From NCBI GenBank assembly GCA_036258055.1, contig DATAEK010000051.1:1532-65531 (forward strand): DNA of 64,000 bases. Direction: 5' to 3'. This stretch comes from Vicinamibacterales bacterium. Lineage in GTDB: Bacteria; Acidobacteriota; Vicinamibacteria; Vicinamibacterales; 2-12-FULL-66-21. Under the pieces are notes generated by a model. That model was not told the origin of the DNA. It saw nothing but the letters and a program-made list of their open reading frames with translations, and ran no database searches. Every line of letters begins with the position of its first letter. The first letter of the stretch is position 1. Shown one piece after another: positions 26,291 through 37,095 of this stretch. Made by a program: the position numbers and the translations under genes.

Positions 26291-26618
26291 CTCTGCGCAG
26301 ACCCTTACTCGTGCGGTTGCGGGACTCCATCACTTCATGTCGATGACGCCGCGGAACGAACCGTGGCTGACACCAGTGGATCGGTCCACCTGACGGACCA
26401 GCACGATCTCGCGCTATCCTGTCGAGCGTGCCTGCGACGCGCGCGACATGCACCTGGTATTCCTGACCGTTGACTCGAAGTGGGATCAGTGCCGGAGCCA
26501 TCCTCGATTTCAGGGGCTCCTCGAACGCTGCGGTTTTTCACGCACTGTACCCGCAGCCGATTAATCGATGATGCTCAGACCATCCACGCAGCCCGATCCA
26601 TCGGTGTAGCGCGCGCCG

Positions 26619-27779
26619 ATGCTCAACACATTGGCTGTCGGCGGCTACCGGTCGCTGCGCGATTTCATCGCTCCGCTCGACAGGCTCAACCTCGTCACTG
26701 GTCCGAATGGCAGCGGGAAATCGAATCTGTACCGCGCGCTGCGTCTACTTGCTGAAACGGCGCAAGGCCGGGTGATTCCGTCGCTCGCGCGCGAGGGCGG
26801 CCTGCAATCGACACTCTGGGCCGGTCCCGAATCGATCTCCCGGTCCGTGCTTCGTGGCGACCATCCTGTGCAGGGCGTCGCGAGGAAGAACCCGGTCAGC
26901 CTGCGTCTGGGTTTTGCTGCCGAGGACTTCGGCTATGCGATTGATCTCGGGCTCCCACCGCCGCCGGCCGGTGCGTTCGGGCACGATCCGGAGATCAAGC
27001 GGGAATGCATCTGGAGCGGACCAGTCCTGCGGCCGTCTGCGATGCTGGTGGATCGGCGTGGGCCACTGGTCAAATCGCGCGAAGGGAAAGGAGACTGGAC
27101 GATCGTCACGCAGCACCTCGCCGGGTTCGACACCATGATGACGCACTGCGCTGACCCGCGACATACCCCTGAGGTCCTGCTGCTGCGCGAGGAGATGCGC
27201 GGTTGGCGGTTTTACGATCATTTCCGGACGGATGCCGCGGCGCCCTCGCGGTTGCCTCAGATCGGGACGCATACGCCTGTTCTGGGTCATGAGGGCGCCG
27301 ACCTTGCTGCCGCGCTTCAGACGATCCGCGAGATCGGCGATGACGCCGCGCTGGATCGCGCCGTCGAGGATGCGTTTTCGGGCGGCCGCGTGACGGTGAC
27401 CGTCGATCATGGATGGTTCGAGGTCGAAATGCAACAGCACGGGCTGCTGCGACCATTGAAAGCCGCCGAGCTGTCGGACGGCACATTGCGCTATTTGTTG
27501 TGGGTGGCGGCGCTGCTCACGCCGAGGCCACCCGGCCTGCTCGTCCTCAACGAGCCGGAGACGAGCCTGCATCCGGATCTGCTCCCGGCGCTCGGGCGCC
27601 TCATCGCGCAGGCGGCCGAAAGATCACAGGTTGTCGTCGTGTCGCATGCGCCGGCGCTCATCGACGCACTGCAGTCACTGCCTGAGTGCCACTCGATCAT
27701 GCTCGAGAAGCAGTTCGGCCAGACGGTGCTTGCCGGTGACAAGGGCGAGCGGCCCTCCTGGCAGTGGCCAGCGAGATGA
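26619..27779 (+). CDS. Stand-alone AAA/ABC-type ATPase (RecF-like, AAA_21/COG4637-like)
   Basis: ORF 26619..27779. It has Walker A GPNGSGKSNLYRAL, signature-like LSDGTLRYLLWVAAL, Walker B LLVLNEPETSLHPD and VVVSH. Confidence 0.8.
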   Translation: MLNTLAVGGYRSLRDFIAPLDRLNLVTGPNGSGKSNLYRALRLLAETAQGRVIPSLAREGGLQSTLWAGPESISRSVLRGDHPVQGVARKNPVSLRLGFAAEDFGYAIDLGLPPPPAGAFGHDPEIKRECIWSGPVLRPSAMLVDRRGPLVKSREGKGDWTIVTQHLAGFDTMMTHCADPRHTPEVLLLREEMRGWRFYDHFRTDAAAPSRLPQIGTHTPVLGHEGADLAAALQTIREIGDDAALDRAVEDAFSGGRVTVTVDHGWFEVEMQQHGLLRPLKAAELSDGTLRYLLWVAALLTPRPPGLLVLNEPETSLHPDLLPALGRLIAQAAERSQVVVVSHAPALIDALQSLPECHSIMLEKQFGQTVLAGDKGERPSWQWPAR

Positions 27780-27809
27780 CAGGCGCGGTCATCGGTATAC
27801 TTCTCACCA

Positions 27810-28427
27810 ATGAGCCTGGTCACGCGCGGCCTCATCGTGCTGGTCATGGGCTGGCCGCTGTTCACGCCGGCGACTGCCAGGGCGCAGGTGGTGGAGATCA
27901 GCCCGATGGCGGGTTACCGATTCGGTGGTGACTTCTTCGAGCTCATCACCAATCAGCGTGTCGATGCCGATGGCGCACCCGCCGCGGGCGTCGCGGTCAA
28001 CGTGCCGCTCCACGATGGGTTGCAGGTCGAAGCGCTGTTCACGCACCAGGAGGCTCGGATCACCGTTCCTGCAACCGGGTCGCGACCGGCGTCCCAGTGG
28101 CGCATCGCGGTCGATCACTGGATGGCCGGAGGCCTGCAGGAGTTCGGGTCGACCCGCGCGCGCCCGTTTCTGACCGGCCTGCTCGGGCTGACGCGCTATG
28201 CGGCTGACGGCGACAACGAGATCCGGTTCACGGTCAGCGCCGGCGGCGGCGTGAAGCTGTTTCCGGCGCGACACCTGGGCGTGCGCTTCGACGGTCGGGT
28301 GTTTGCGACGATCGTCGACGCCGAAGGGAGCGCGCTGGCGTGCTCTCCCGGGATCTGTCTCGTGGCCTTCGACGCTCACGTCGTCTGGCAGGCGGAATTC
28401 ACCACGGGTCTGACGGTGGTGTTCTGA
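27810..28427 (+). CDS. Outer-membrane beta-barrel protein (OmpW/porin-like)
   Basis: ORF 27810..28427. It has a signal peptide ending ARAQ, alternating beta-strand patterning, and a C-terminal aromatic residue (..GLTVVF). Confidence 0.65.
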   Translation: MSLVTRGLIVLVMGWPLFTPATARAQVVEISPMAGYRFGGDFFELITNQRVDADGAPAAGVAVNVPLHDGLQVEALFTHQEARITVPATGSRPASQWRIAVDHWMAGGLQEFGSTRARPFLTGLLGLTRYAADGDNEIRFTVSAGGGVKLFPARHLGVRFDGRVFATIVDAEGSALACSPGICLVAFDAHVVWQAEFTTGLTVVF

Positions 28428-28455
28428 GCGGTTCGGTGGCGGCGCACACAGGTTG

Positions 28456-28473
28456 GTCCGGCTGATGCCGGAC
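28456..28473. terminator. Hairpin between convergent genes (GTCCGGC-TGAT-GCCGGAC)
   Basis: A 7-bp perfect stem with a 4-nt loop lies between the stops at 28427 (+) and 28497 (-). There is no clear U-tract. Confidence 0.3.
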
Positions 28474-28496
28474 GCGGTGAATCGCAACGAGCCCGG

Positions 28497-30056
28497 CTAA
28501 AACCGGACGCCACGTTCCAGTGATACCTCGGCCTGCAGGCTGACAACGTCCCGCCCGATCGTGGCGACCGCGAGTGTGCGATCGCCCAGCTTGTAGCGGA
28601 TCGCGCAGTCGCTCTCGAACGAGCCGTCCACCTCGACGCGATCCCACTTCTCCGCGTGACCGACGTAGTTGATCGTCACGTCGTAGTGCTGGCTCCAGAA
28701 AAACGGAACCGCGGCGAATCGCTCGCGATAGCCGAGCATGTTCCTGGCGGCCGTTTGTCCCTGACGCTCGGCGACCACCCAGTGCTCGACACGGATGCGG
28801 TTGCCGGTGTGCCGGTCGGGCCATCGCGCGACATCGCCCGCGGCGAAGATGCCAGGCGCACTGGTCTCGAGATACTCGTTGACGCTGATGCCGCGGTCGA
28901 TCGCCAGGCCGGCGCGCTCGGCGAATTCGACCGCCGGCCGCACGCCGACGCCGAGGACCAGGAAGTCGGCGGGGATCGTCGTGCCGTCGCTCAATACCGC
29001 CTTGCGATCATCGAGCCGCTGAACCGTCTGGCCGAGGTGGAACACCACGCCGTGGCTTTCGTGCAGCTGGCGGATGAAACGGCCCACTTCCGATCCCATC
29101 ACGCGCTCCAGGGGCTGGTGGTCGGGAGCCACGACATGGACGGCGATGTCGCGTGCGCGCAGCGATGCCGCGACCTCGAGGCCGATGAAGCTCGACCCGA
29201 CGACAACCACTGTCTTGGCCGCTGCGGCACGCGCGACGATAGCCCGGCTGTCCGCGAAGGTGCGGAGGTAGTGAATCTGCGAGCTGGACGCGCCCGCGAT
29301 CTCCAGTCGGACCGGATCCGCCCCCGTGGCGATGAGGAGTGTGTCGAAGTCCTGAGTCTTGCCGTTTTCGAGCCGCAGCTGCTTGTTCCCGGCATCCAGC
29401 GCAGATACGCGCGAGTTGAGCAGGAGCTCGATGCGCCGTTCGGAGTAGAACTCCGGTGACCGCAGCGGAATCCAGTCGTCCTTGGCGGTGCCCGCGAGGA
29501 AGTCCTTCGACAGATTCGGCCGGTCGCTCGGCGGATCACCATCCGCGCTCAGGATGACCAGCGATCCGTCGTAGCCCTCCCGACGAAGCATGTCGGCCGC
29601 AGCCAGGCCAGCCGCGCCGCCTCCCAGAATGACGATCGACGTGGGAGCCTTGTCGGGTTTCTTTGACCCTTGCGGTCCACTCGGGCCCGGCTCCGCGAGT
29701 TTCTCTCTCACGTACACCATGTCGCCGACCCGTTCCACACGCCAACAGGCGATCGGATCGAGGGCCGGTGCTCGCAACGGCTCGCCGGTGCGCAGGCTGA
29801 AACAGGCGTGATGCCACGGGCATCGCACCGTCTCGCCGTCAACGATGCCGTCGGCGAGCGGCCCGTGGTAGTGCGTGCAATGCGCACCGACAGCGAAGCA
29901 CGCGTCGCCCCGCCGAACGAGGATCGCGTCCTCGTCATCGACGCGCCCGGACACCGTCCCGCCATCTGGAATGTCCCGGAAGGAGAAGCCGGCTTTGAGG
30001 TTGGGAGCCGAACGGGCAGTTTCATCGGTCATGAGTGGCCTCGCGAAGGGCAGCAT
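28497..30056 (-). CDS. Rieske [2Fe-2S] domain fused to FAD/NAD(P)-dependent pyridine nucleotide-disulfide oxidoreductase
   Basis: ORF 28497..30056. Rieske motifs are CTHYHGPL and CPWHHACF. Dinucleotide-binding motifs are IVILGGGAAGLAAA and VVVVGSSFIGLEVA. The start may instead be the internal ATG at 30032. Confidence 0.85.
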   Translation of the reverse strand: MLPFARPLMTDETARSAPNLKAGFSFRDIPDGGTVSGRVDDEDAILVRRGDACFAVGAHCTHYHGPLADGIVDGETVRCPWHHACFSLRTGEPLRAPALDPIACWRVERVGDMVYVREKLAEPGPSGPQGSKKPDKAPTSIVILGGGAAGLAAADMLRREGYDGSLVILSADGDPPSDRPNLSKDFLAGTAKDDWIPLRSPEFYSERRIELLLNSRVSALDAGNKQLRLENGKTQDFDTLLIATGADPVRLEIAGASSSQIHYLRTFADSRAIVARAAAAKTVVVVGSSFIGLEVAASLRARDIAVHVVAPDHQPLERVMGSEVGRFIRQLHESHGVVFHLGQTVQRLDDRKAVLSDGTTIPADFLVLGVGVRPAVEFAERAGLAIDRGISVNEYLETSAPGIFAAGDVARWPDRHTGNRIRVEHWVVAERQGQTAARNMLGYRERFAAVPFFWSQHYDVTINYVGHAEKWDRVEVDGSFESDCAIRYKLGDRTLAVATIGRDVVSLQAEVSLERGVRF

Positions 30057-30126
30057 TATTCCACCAAAGCGACGCTTGCGCTTTTCTTCGAAGAATCAGG
30101 TAATGTGACGTCAGTTCGAACAGCTC

Positions 30127-33100
30127 ATGAAGGCCGGCCGCGCTTCCTCATCGCCGGACCCCGTCAGCCCGCGGCGGCTTGCGGCGGAGTACGCGACGAT
30201 GCGCGTGCTCGCCGAATCGGGCCGGCTCGCCGACGCGACTCCCAGGATTCTCGAAGCCATCTGCACGACGCTCGGGTGGGAACACGGCGCGCTGTGGCAG
30301 ATCGATCCGCACGCGGACCGGCTCCGGTGCGTCGAAGTCTGGCACCCGCCTGGTTCGTCGTTCGACGGTTTCGACGAAATCAGCCGTGCGACCGCCTTCG
30401 AGCGCGGCATCGGGCTCCCAGGTCGCGTCTGGGCGAGTGGCCAACCGGCATTCATTCCCGACGTCCTCAAAGACGCGAACTTTCCCCGCGCGTCGGCCGC
30501 TGCTGCTGAGGAGCTGCACGGCGCCTTTGGCTTCCCAATCCTCATCGGTGACTTCGTGTTCGGCGTGATGGAGTTCTTCAGCCGCGAGATTCGCGAGCCC
30601 GATGCCGAGCTGCTCGAGATGCTCGCTACGATCGGCGGTCAGATCGGCCAGTTCATGCAACGCCGTCACGCGGAAGAAGAACTGGATCGTTTTTTTGCCC
30701 TCTCCGGTGACCTTCTGTGCATCGCCGGCTTCGATGGTTACTTCAAGCGCCTCAATCAAGCGTGGGAACGTGTGCTCGGCTTTCCCGTGGCGGAACTCTG
30801 CGCCTCACCCTACCTCGAATTCGTCCACCCCGACGATCGTGAGGCGACGGTGGCGGCTGCCGCGCAGGTCGGCGGCGGTGGAACCATACTGCGATTCGAG
30901 AACCGGTTTCGCGCGGTTGACGGCTCGTACCGGTGGCTGTCCTGGTCGGCGGTGCCGTACACGGACGAGCGCACGGTGTACGCGGCGGCTCACGACGTTA
31001 CCGAAACCAAGACCGCAAACGAACAGCTTGCCGCTTACGCCAATGATCTCGAGCGTGCTCGTGAAGCAGAAGCGGAACATGCTGCCCATCTGACGCAACT
31101 CGTGCGGGAGCTCGATCGCGCCAAGGTGAAGGCCGAGCTGGCGACCGAGGCCAAAGCTGAATTCCTGGCCAACATGAGCCACGAGATCCGAACGCCGATG
31201 ACGGCCATCATTGGCATGGCGGATCTCGCAATGCACACCAGGCTCACGACGGAGCAGCAGGAGTATCTGACGACGATCACCCAGTCCGCGCACGCGCTGC
31301 TCGATCTGATCAACGACATCCTCGACTTCTCGAAGATCGAGGCGCGGAAGCTCGCGCTCGAACAGATTCCCTTCGATCTTCGCGACACGGTCGAGGAGGC
31401 AATGAAGTCGCTGGCCATTCGCGCGCAACAGCGCGGGCTCGAGCTCGCATCTCACATCCGCGCACACGCCCCCGATCGTCTCGTCGGTGATCCGGGGCGG
31501 CTGAGGCAGGTGCTCACCAACCTGGTTGCCAACGCCATCAAGTTCACAGAGCAGGGTGAGGTGGTGGTAACGGTGGATCCCGCGTCCTTCGATCAGAACA
31601 GTGTCGTGCTGCACTTCGCCGTGGCGGATACGGGCATTGGGATTCCGGACGACAAGCGCGCAGTGATTTTCGAGGCCTTTACCCAAGCCGACGCCTCGAC
31701 CACGCGCAAGTTCGGTGGCACCGGGCTGGGGCTGTCGATTGCCAGCGAACTGGTGTCATTGCTCGGCGGCACTATGTGGCTGGATAGCGAGGTCGGCCAC
31801 GGGAGCACGTTCCATTTCACGGCTCGCTTTGCCCGTCAGCCGGCCGAAGCCGCTGACGTCGTCGAACCACCGGTGGACCTGCGTGGCCTGCGAGTGCTCA
31901 TCGTTGACGACAGCGTTACGAACCGGCGGATTCTCCGCGATGTGTTCCTCAGCTGGAAGATGAGCCCGGAAGCCGTAAGCAGCGGGGCGGAAGGACTCGA
32001 GGCGCTGGCCGCAGCCCGCAAGGCCGGCCGGCCGTACGCAGTGGCGATCGTCGACGGGCAGATGCCGCTGATGGACGGCTTCATGTTTGCGAACCGCGTG
32101 CGGCGCGATCACCGGCTGCGATCGACGCTGCTGGTGATGCTGACCTCTGCCGCGCGGCCGGCCGATGCGGCCCGCTGCCGCAAGCTTGGCATCGCCGGGC
32201 ACCTGACAAAACCCGTGAAGCAGTCCGATCTGCTCGACACGATCGTCTCGCTGTTCGGCGGGAGGACGGCGCCCGCCGCCGATGCCGTCGAGACACTCGA
32301 TCGATCGGCCCCACGAACCCTGCGAGTGCTCGTGGCCGAGGACAACCAGGTCAATCGTCAATTCGTGACGCGGGTCCTCGAAAAGCGCGGCCACGCCATG
32401 GTGGCTGCCGTCAACGGCCGGGAGGCTATCGATGCCATCGCGCAGGCGGCGCCCGGTCATTTCGACGTCGTGCTGATGGACGTGCAGATGCCGGAACTCG
32501 ACGGGTTGTCGGCGACGGTGCTAATCCGTCAGCGTGAGCGAACCACGGGCACCCACATCCCGATCGTGGCGATGACGGCGCACGCGATGACCGGCGATCG
32601 CGAGCGGTGTCTCGCCGCCGGCATGGACGACTACGTGTCGAAGCCGCTCCATCCGCACGAACTGATCGACGTCGTCGAACGGGCGTCCGCGCCGCGAGGT
32701 CAACCAGACTCGGCCAGGCCGTCCGACCAGGAGGCTCCATCGTTCGTCTTCGATATGGAGGTTGCCTGCACCCGGATGGGCGGCGATCGGCAGCTGCTGC
32801 GCGAGGTCATCGCCATCTTCCGGGCGCAGACACCCGCGCTGATGACAGCGCTGAGGAGAGCCGCGAAGGACAACGATATCGGGAACCTGCAGCGCACGGC
32901 ACACACGCTGAAGGGATCGCTCGGTACGCTGCACGCACCACGCGCCTATGAGGCGGCCGCACGCCTGGAAGACTTCGCTCGCAGGGAAGAGACCGCTGCC
33001 ATCCCGGCAGCCGTGGCGGCGTTCGAATCGGAACTGACGAAGCTGCAACGCGCCCTCGGCTTCGAGCGCCGACGGACCGTCAAGAGAAAGGTCGCGAAAC

Positions 33101-33147
33101 ATGGCTCCGGATCAGCGCACGGACGCTCGGGTCCTCGTCGTCGATGA
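30127..33147 (+). CDS. Hybrid sensor histidine kinase (GAF-PAS-HisKA-HATPase-REC-REC-HPt)
   Basis: ORF 30127..33147. The H-box is [14 protein letters not shown]. HATPase motifs are [17 protein letters not shown] and GGTGLGLSI. Two REC domains show [20 protein letters not shown] and [20 protein letters not shown]. The HPt motif is [11 protein letters not shown]. Confidence 0.9.
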   Translation: MKAGRASSSPDPVSPRRLAAEYATMRVLAESGRLADATPRILEAICTTLGWEHGALWQIDPHADRLRCVEVWHPPGSSFDGFDEISRATAFERGIGLPGRVWASGQPAFIPDVLKDANFPRASAAAAEELHGAFGFPILIGDFVFGVMEFFSREIREPDAELLEMLATIGGQIGQFMQRRHAEEELDRFFALSGDLLCIAGFDGYFKRLNQAWERVLGFPVAELCASPYLEFVHPDDREATVAAAAQVGGGGTILRFENRFRAVDGSYRWLSWSAVPYTDERTVYAAAHDVTETKTANEQLAAYANDLERAREAEAEHAAHLTQLVRELDRAKVKAELATEAKAEFLANMSHEIRTPMTAIIGMADLAMHTRLTTEQQEYLTTITQSAHALLDLINDILDFSKIEARKLALEQIPFDLRDTVEEAMKSLAIRAQQRGLELASHIRAHAPDRLVGDPGRLRQVLTNLVANAIKFTEQGEVVVTVDPASFDQNSVVLHFAVADTGIGIPDDKRAVIFEAFTQADASTTRKFGGTGLGLSIASELVSLLGGTMWLDSEVGHGSTFHFTARFARQPAEAADVVEPPVDLRGLRVLIVDDSVTNRRILRDVFLSWKMSPEAVSSGAEGLEALAAARKAGRPYAVAIVDGQMPLMDGFMFANRVRRDHRLRSTLLVMLTSAARPADAARCRKLGIAGHLTKPVKQSDLLDTIVSLFGGRTAPAADAVETLDRSAPRTLRVLVAEDNQVNRQFVTRVLEKRGHAMVAAVNGREAIDAIAQAAPGHFDVVLMDVQMPELDGLSATVLIRQRERTTGTHIPIVAMTAHAMTGDRERCLAAGMDDYVSKPLHPHELIDVVERASAPRGQPDSARPSDQEAPSFVFDMEVACTRMGGDRQLLREVIAIFRAQTPALMTALRRAAKDNDIGNLQRTAHTLKGSLGTLHAPRAYEAAARLEDFARREETAAIPAAVAAFESELTKLQRALGFERRRTVKRKVAKHGSGSAHGRSGPRRR

Positions 33148-33949
33148 CGATCGCACCACTCGTCACGTGACCCGCACGGTGCTTGCGAAAGCGGGCTTCA
33201 AGGTTCGCGTCGCGAAGGACGGCAAAGAGGCCCTCGAGCGCCTGCGCGCCGCACGATACGACCTCATGCTGCTCGATGTCTGGATGCCGCGCATGGACGG
33301 TCTGCAGGTTCTCGACCGCGTCAAGCGCATGAAACAGCGGCCGCGGGTCATTGTCCTCACATCCGACGATGCCCCGGAGACGCTGCTGGGGGCCATCAGA
33401 CAGCGGGCGCATCAGATCGTGCACAAGCCCGTCGCGCCCCTCGCGCTCCTCTCCCTCGTGCGTGAGGTGATCAACGCGGGTCCGGAACTCCCGATCGACG
33501 TGCTGTCAGCGCGCGCCAACTGGGTGGAGCTCGCCGTGCCGTGCACTCGCGATGCCGCGGATCGACTGCGCAGCGTCATGGGACACCTCGACGCGAATCT
33601 GCCCGAGGATGTCCGTGAATCGATCGGCTATGCCTTTCGAGAGCTGGTGTTGAATGCCGTCGAGTGGGGAGGGAAGCTCGATCCCAAACGCAAGGTGCGC
33701 ATCTCGTACCTGCGCGCGAAGCGGATGCTGCTCTACCGCATCGCCGATCCTGGTCCTGGCTTCAAGATGGAGGGCCTCGACCATGCTGCCATCAGCCATC
33801 CCGATGATCCGATCGAGCACATGAACGTCCGAGAGCAGAAGGGCCTGCGGCCGGGCGGATTCGGCATCCTCACGGTGCGTGCGAACGTCGACGAGCTGAT
33901 CTACAACGAAAAACAGAACGAAGTGGTCTTCGTCAAGTATCTCGACTGA
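33101..33949 (+). CDS. Response-regulator receiver fused to an RsbW/SpoIIAB-like HATPase (serine kinase/anti-sigma-type) domain
   Basis: ORF 33101..33949 overlaps the hybrid kinase by 47 nt. The REC domain shows [25 protein letters not shown]. The C-terminal domain shows [12 protein letters not shown] and [16 protein letters not shown]. Confidence 0.8.
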   Translation: MAPDQRTDARVLVVDDDRTTRHVTRTVLAKAGFKVRVAKDGKEALERLRAARYDLMLLDVWMPRMDGLQVLDRVKRMKQRPRVIVLTSDDAPETLLGAIRQRAHQIVHKPVAPLALLSLVREVINAGPELPIDVLSARANWVELAVPCTRDAADRLRSVMGHLDANLPEDVRESIGYAFRELVLNAVEWGGKLDPKRKVRISYLRAKRMLLYRIADPGPGFKMEGLDHAAISHPDDPIEHMNVREQKGLRPGGFGILTVRANVDELIYNEKQNEVVFVKYLD

Positions 33950-33955
33950 CCGCTC

Positions 33956-36400
33956 CTATTCCGACCGCAACGCCTGAAGCACGTCCACCCGCGATGCCCG
34001 CGCTGCCGGCATCAGGGACGCCAGAATCGCGGCCGCCACGAGAATCGCGGCGGCAAGGATCGTGGGCAAAGCATCGGGGATACGGACGTCCGGGATGTAG
34101 GCTCCGACGATCCGGGCGAGGAGCACCCCGCCAATCGCGCCTGCCACGATGCCGCTCACGGCGATGACGGCTCCCTCGCCGAGCACACGCGTCAGCAGGT
34201 GTCGCGGCGCCGATCCGATCGCGAGCCGGATACCGAACTCACGCGTCCGCGCGCTGACCGAGAAGGCCAGCACGCCAGCGACGCCAACGATGGCAATCGC
34301 CAGGGCCACGCCGGCAAAGCCGCCGAACACCATCGCGTTCAGCCGGTTCGGCGCCAGGACTTCTGCGCGGACGTCCTCGAGCGTCGCCGCATGCTCGACG
34401 GGCTGGTCCGCCGCCAGCTCGCGGACGATCCGGGTGATCGATGGCACGAGCGTGTAAGGATCGGTCTGAGTGTGGACGAACAGCCGCCCGCCGCCGATCT
34501 CCTGCTCGAACGGGTGATAGACCGTCATCGCCGGTCCCGGCACGATGTTCTCGTCGTCCATGTCGGCAACCACGCCGACGATCCGCCGGGGCGCCGGGCT
34601 GACGTCGATGAACTTGATGACCGGGTCAGTCCACAGCAGGTGACGGTTCACGGCGTCCTGGTTCGGGAACATCCGCTGCGCGAGGCTCTGGCTGACGATG
34701 ACGACCTTCTCGGCGTCGTGACGGTCGGCGTCGGAGAAGTCTCGTCCGGCGATGAGGGGAACGCCAAGCGAGGCAAAGAATCCTGGCGACACCGTTCTGA
34801 ATCGCGCGCGCGGATCCTCTTCGCCGTTCGCCTTGGCATAGCCTTCGACCGTGAACTGCGCGGCGAAGAATCCCGCATCTCTCCACGGGACGGCCGTGCC
34901 CACGGCGACGCGCTGCACCCCGGGGAGCTGGGCGACGCGCCGGATGACGTCCTTGTAGAAACCGGTGATCTCGTGGGGCTTTCGAGTGTAGGAAACGATG
35001 GGGACATTGACGGCCAGCACGCTCCGTGTGTCGAAGCCAGACTGCGTGCGCTGGAGGGCGAACAGCGTGCTCAGGAGCATGCCGGCGCCGGCGAGCAGAA
35101 CGAAAGACGCGGCGATCTGCGTCACGGCGAAGACCCGCAGCCGTCTGCCCGTGCCAGTCGTGATTCGGACGCTGCCGTTCGACAGACCGAAGCCGCTGGA
35201 CGCGTCCGAGGACGGCAGGCGCGGCACGAACGCCAGAAGTACAGCCGCCGCGACCGCGAGGCTCACACCCACCCACAGTACGGTCGAGTCCACGGTGACA
35301 TCGAGCGCCCGGACGGAAAACCGGGCCGCGTATCGCGCCAGAACCGCGACCATCGGCCGGGCGAGCAGGACAGCCAGGATCGCACCCGCACCGCAGAGCA
35401 ACAGGCTTTCGGCGAGGAGCGTGCGTCGAAGAGCGCCGGCACTGGCGCCGAGTGCGGCGCGGATCGCCAGCTCGCCTTCACGCCGTACCGATCGCGCCAG
35501 GATGAGATTCGCAACGTTCGAACAGGCAACGATGAAGACAAGCGCGGAGGCCGCCAGCAGGACCAGCAGCACCGTTCGAGCCGGCGAGATGATCTGATCG
35601 CGTAACCGCACGGCGTCGATGCGGAAGTCAGCCTGCGATGAGTACGACTCGGGATGTTCCTTGACGATCGCTCCATGCACGGCACGCAGTTCGGCTCGAG
35701 CGGCCTCGAGATCCACATTCGGCGCAAGCCGTGCGAACAGGTCAGTCATTCGGTGCACCCGCCCTTCGACCATCGTTGCGTCGAGATGATGTGGGCTGGT
35801 GACGACGTTGGCGATGATCTCGGTCTCGGTGGGATAGGGCACCGACGGTTCGAGAATTCCGACGATCGTGCCGGTTCGGTCGCCGAGCCTCACGACCTTG
35901 CCGATGACCGACGGGTCGCTGTTCAACGACGTCGTCCAGAAGCGGTAGGTGAGGACGACGGCTCCCGCCGCGCTCGGTCCATCGTCGCTCGCGCCGAGGA
36001 GACGGCCCTGCGCCGGACGCAATCCCATTACGTCGAAGTACGAGCCGCCCACGACGCCAGCACGAACAACACGCGGCTCACCCAGCCCGACCATCGTGAA
36101 GTCGATGGTCGAGAAGTCGCCGAACGCGCTCAGCGTCTTCACCCGCGTCTTCAGGTCCCGCAGCTCGGGAACCGAGAAGTTGGCGTCGTCGACGCCAATG
36201 CCCGGCGCGCTCTGGCGCAAATAGAGCAGGCGATCCTGGTCGCGGTTCACGAGCGGGCGCAGGAGAACGCCCCGGACCACGCTGAAGATCGCGGCGTTGG
36301 CGCCGATGCCGAGCGCAAGCGTGACGATGACGGTGAAGGCCAGGCCCTTGACCCTGGCGAGAGATCGGAGGGCGAAGCGGAAGTCGGTCAGGAGGCTCAT
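33956..36400 (-). CDS. ADOP-family duplicated orphan ABC permease
   Basis: ORF 33956..36400. The N-terminus is MSLLTDFRFALRSLARVKGLAFTVIVTLALGIGANAAIF. It has two FtsX halves and ends in VDVLQALRSE. Confidence 0.85.
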   Translation of the reverse strand: MSLLTDFRFALRSLARVKGLAFTVIVTLALGIGANAAIFSVVRGVLLRPLVNRDQDRLLYLRQSAPGIGVDDANFSVPELRDLKTRVKTLSAFGDFSTIDFTMVGLGEPRVVRAGVVGGSYFDVMGLRPAQGRLLGASDDGPSAAGAVVLTYRFWTTSLNSDPSVIGKVVRLGDRTGTIVGILEPSVPYPTETEIIANVVTSPHHLDATMVEGRVHRMTDLFARLAPNVDLEAARAELRAVHGAIVKEHPESYSSQADFRIDAVRLRDQIISPARTVLLVLLAASALVFIVACSNVANLILARSVRREGELAIRAALGASAGALRRTLLAESLLLCGAGAILAVLLARPMVAVLARYAARFSVRALDVTVDSTVLWVGVSLAVAAAVLLAFVPRLPSSDASSGFGLSNGSVRITTGTGRRLRVFAVTQIAASFVLLAGAGMLLSTLFALQRTQSGFDTRSVLAVNVPIVSYTRKPHEITGFYKDVIRRVAQLPGVQRVAVGTAVPWRDAGFFAAQFTVEGYAKANGEEDPRARFRTVSPGFFASLGVPLIAGRDFSDADRHDAEKVVIVSQSLAQRMFPNQDAVNRHLLWTDPVIKFIDVSPAPRRIVGVVADMDDENIVPGPAMTVYHPFEQEIGGGRLFVHTQTDPYTLVPSITRIVRELAADQPVEHAATLEDVRAEVLAPNRLNAMVFGGFAGVALAIAIVGVAGVLAFSVSARTREFGIRLAIGSAPRHLLTRVLGEGAVIAVSGIVAGAIGGVLLARIVGAYIPDVRIPDALPTILAAAILVAAAILASLMPAARASRVDVLQALRSE

Positions 36401-36534
36401 AGAAGTTCCATTACGCGTTCGAGATTCGAGTCTCTTTCTTGCCGGGCCTTCGCTCAGGTCCGGGTCGCCCCGGTGCGACCCGGCCGGACGCTGGCGTGAT
36501 CCAGACGCTTACCATAACGTCGAAGCAGACCCGG

Positions 36535-36564
36535 TGAGATCGACAGCCGGCGCCGTCGATCTCA
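36535..36564 (-). terminator. Candidate terminator hairpin downstream of the ArsR-SRPBCC pair
   Basis: A 10-bp perfect stem (TGAGATCGAC / GTCGATCTCA) with a 10-nt loop lies about 37 nt past the stop at 36601. There is no clear U-tract. Confidence 0.3.
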
Positions 36565-36600
36565 GCCGAGATTATCGATTTCCGATCGCTCAGGTCGTCT

Positions 36601-37095
36601 TCAGCTCAGCTGAAGACTCCGAACGTATTCGTCGAGCAGGTCGAAGCTCTCGGAGATGCCGTCTTTCATCCCGGTCTTCATCGCCGCGTCCCGGGCTTCT
36701 TTCGACGGGTACAGTATCGTCAACGACACGGTCGTCCGGCCCTGATCTTCGGTGAGGACGAGGGTGTTAACGGTCTCGGGCCAATCGGCGCCCCAGGACT
36801 CCGTCGCCACGAACCGTTCGGGTGGGCTCACTTCCCGTATCACCCCACGGATTTCCATCTCGGTGCCGTTCTCGCGACGCCAGACGAAGCGCTGCGCGCC
36901 ACCGGGCCTAAGGTCGATCTCACACACGGGCAGGGTCCAACCCTTCCGGCCGAGCATCCAATGCGGAAGATGCTTCGGGTTCGTCCATGCATCGAAGATC
37001 AGCCGGCGCGGCGCTTCGACGACGCGCGTGATGCGCACTTCACGATCAGAGGGAGTCGTCAGGGTCGTGACGCCGGCTTGATTTGCGGTGGCCAT
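36601..37095 (-). CDS. SRPBCC-superfamily protein (Aha1/AHSA1-like)
   Basis: ORF 36601..37095. The segment REVRITRVVEAPRRLIFDAWTNPKHLPHWM is typical of Aha1-like SRPBCC proteins that pair with ArsR. Confidence 0.8.
   Translation of the reverse strand: MATANQAGVTTLTTPSDREVRITRVVEAPRRLIFDAWTNPKHLPHWMLGRKGWTLPVCEIDLRPGGAQRFVWRRENGTEMEIRGVIREVSPPERFVATESWGADWPETVNTLVLTEDQGRTTVSLTILYPSKEARDAAMKTGMKDGISESFDLLDEYVRSLQLS

Noticed and set aside
26187-26501. 104-aa minus-strand ORF whose start (IPLRVNGQEYQV) resembles a 2Fe-2S small-subunit N-terminus
   Set aside because: The similarity is limited to about 12 residues and the rest is Arg-rich. The ORF also overlaps the 3' end of the symporter gene. 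At most it is a decayed remnant, and that cannot be supported without a search.
34199-35605. 468-aa plus-strand ORF
   Set aside because: It is antisense to the ADOP permease 33956..36400 and has Arg/Asp/His-rich composition.
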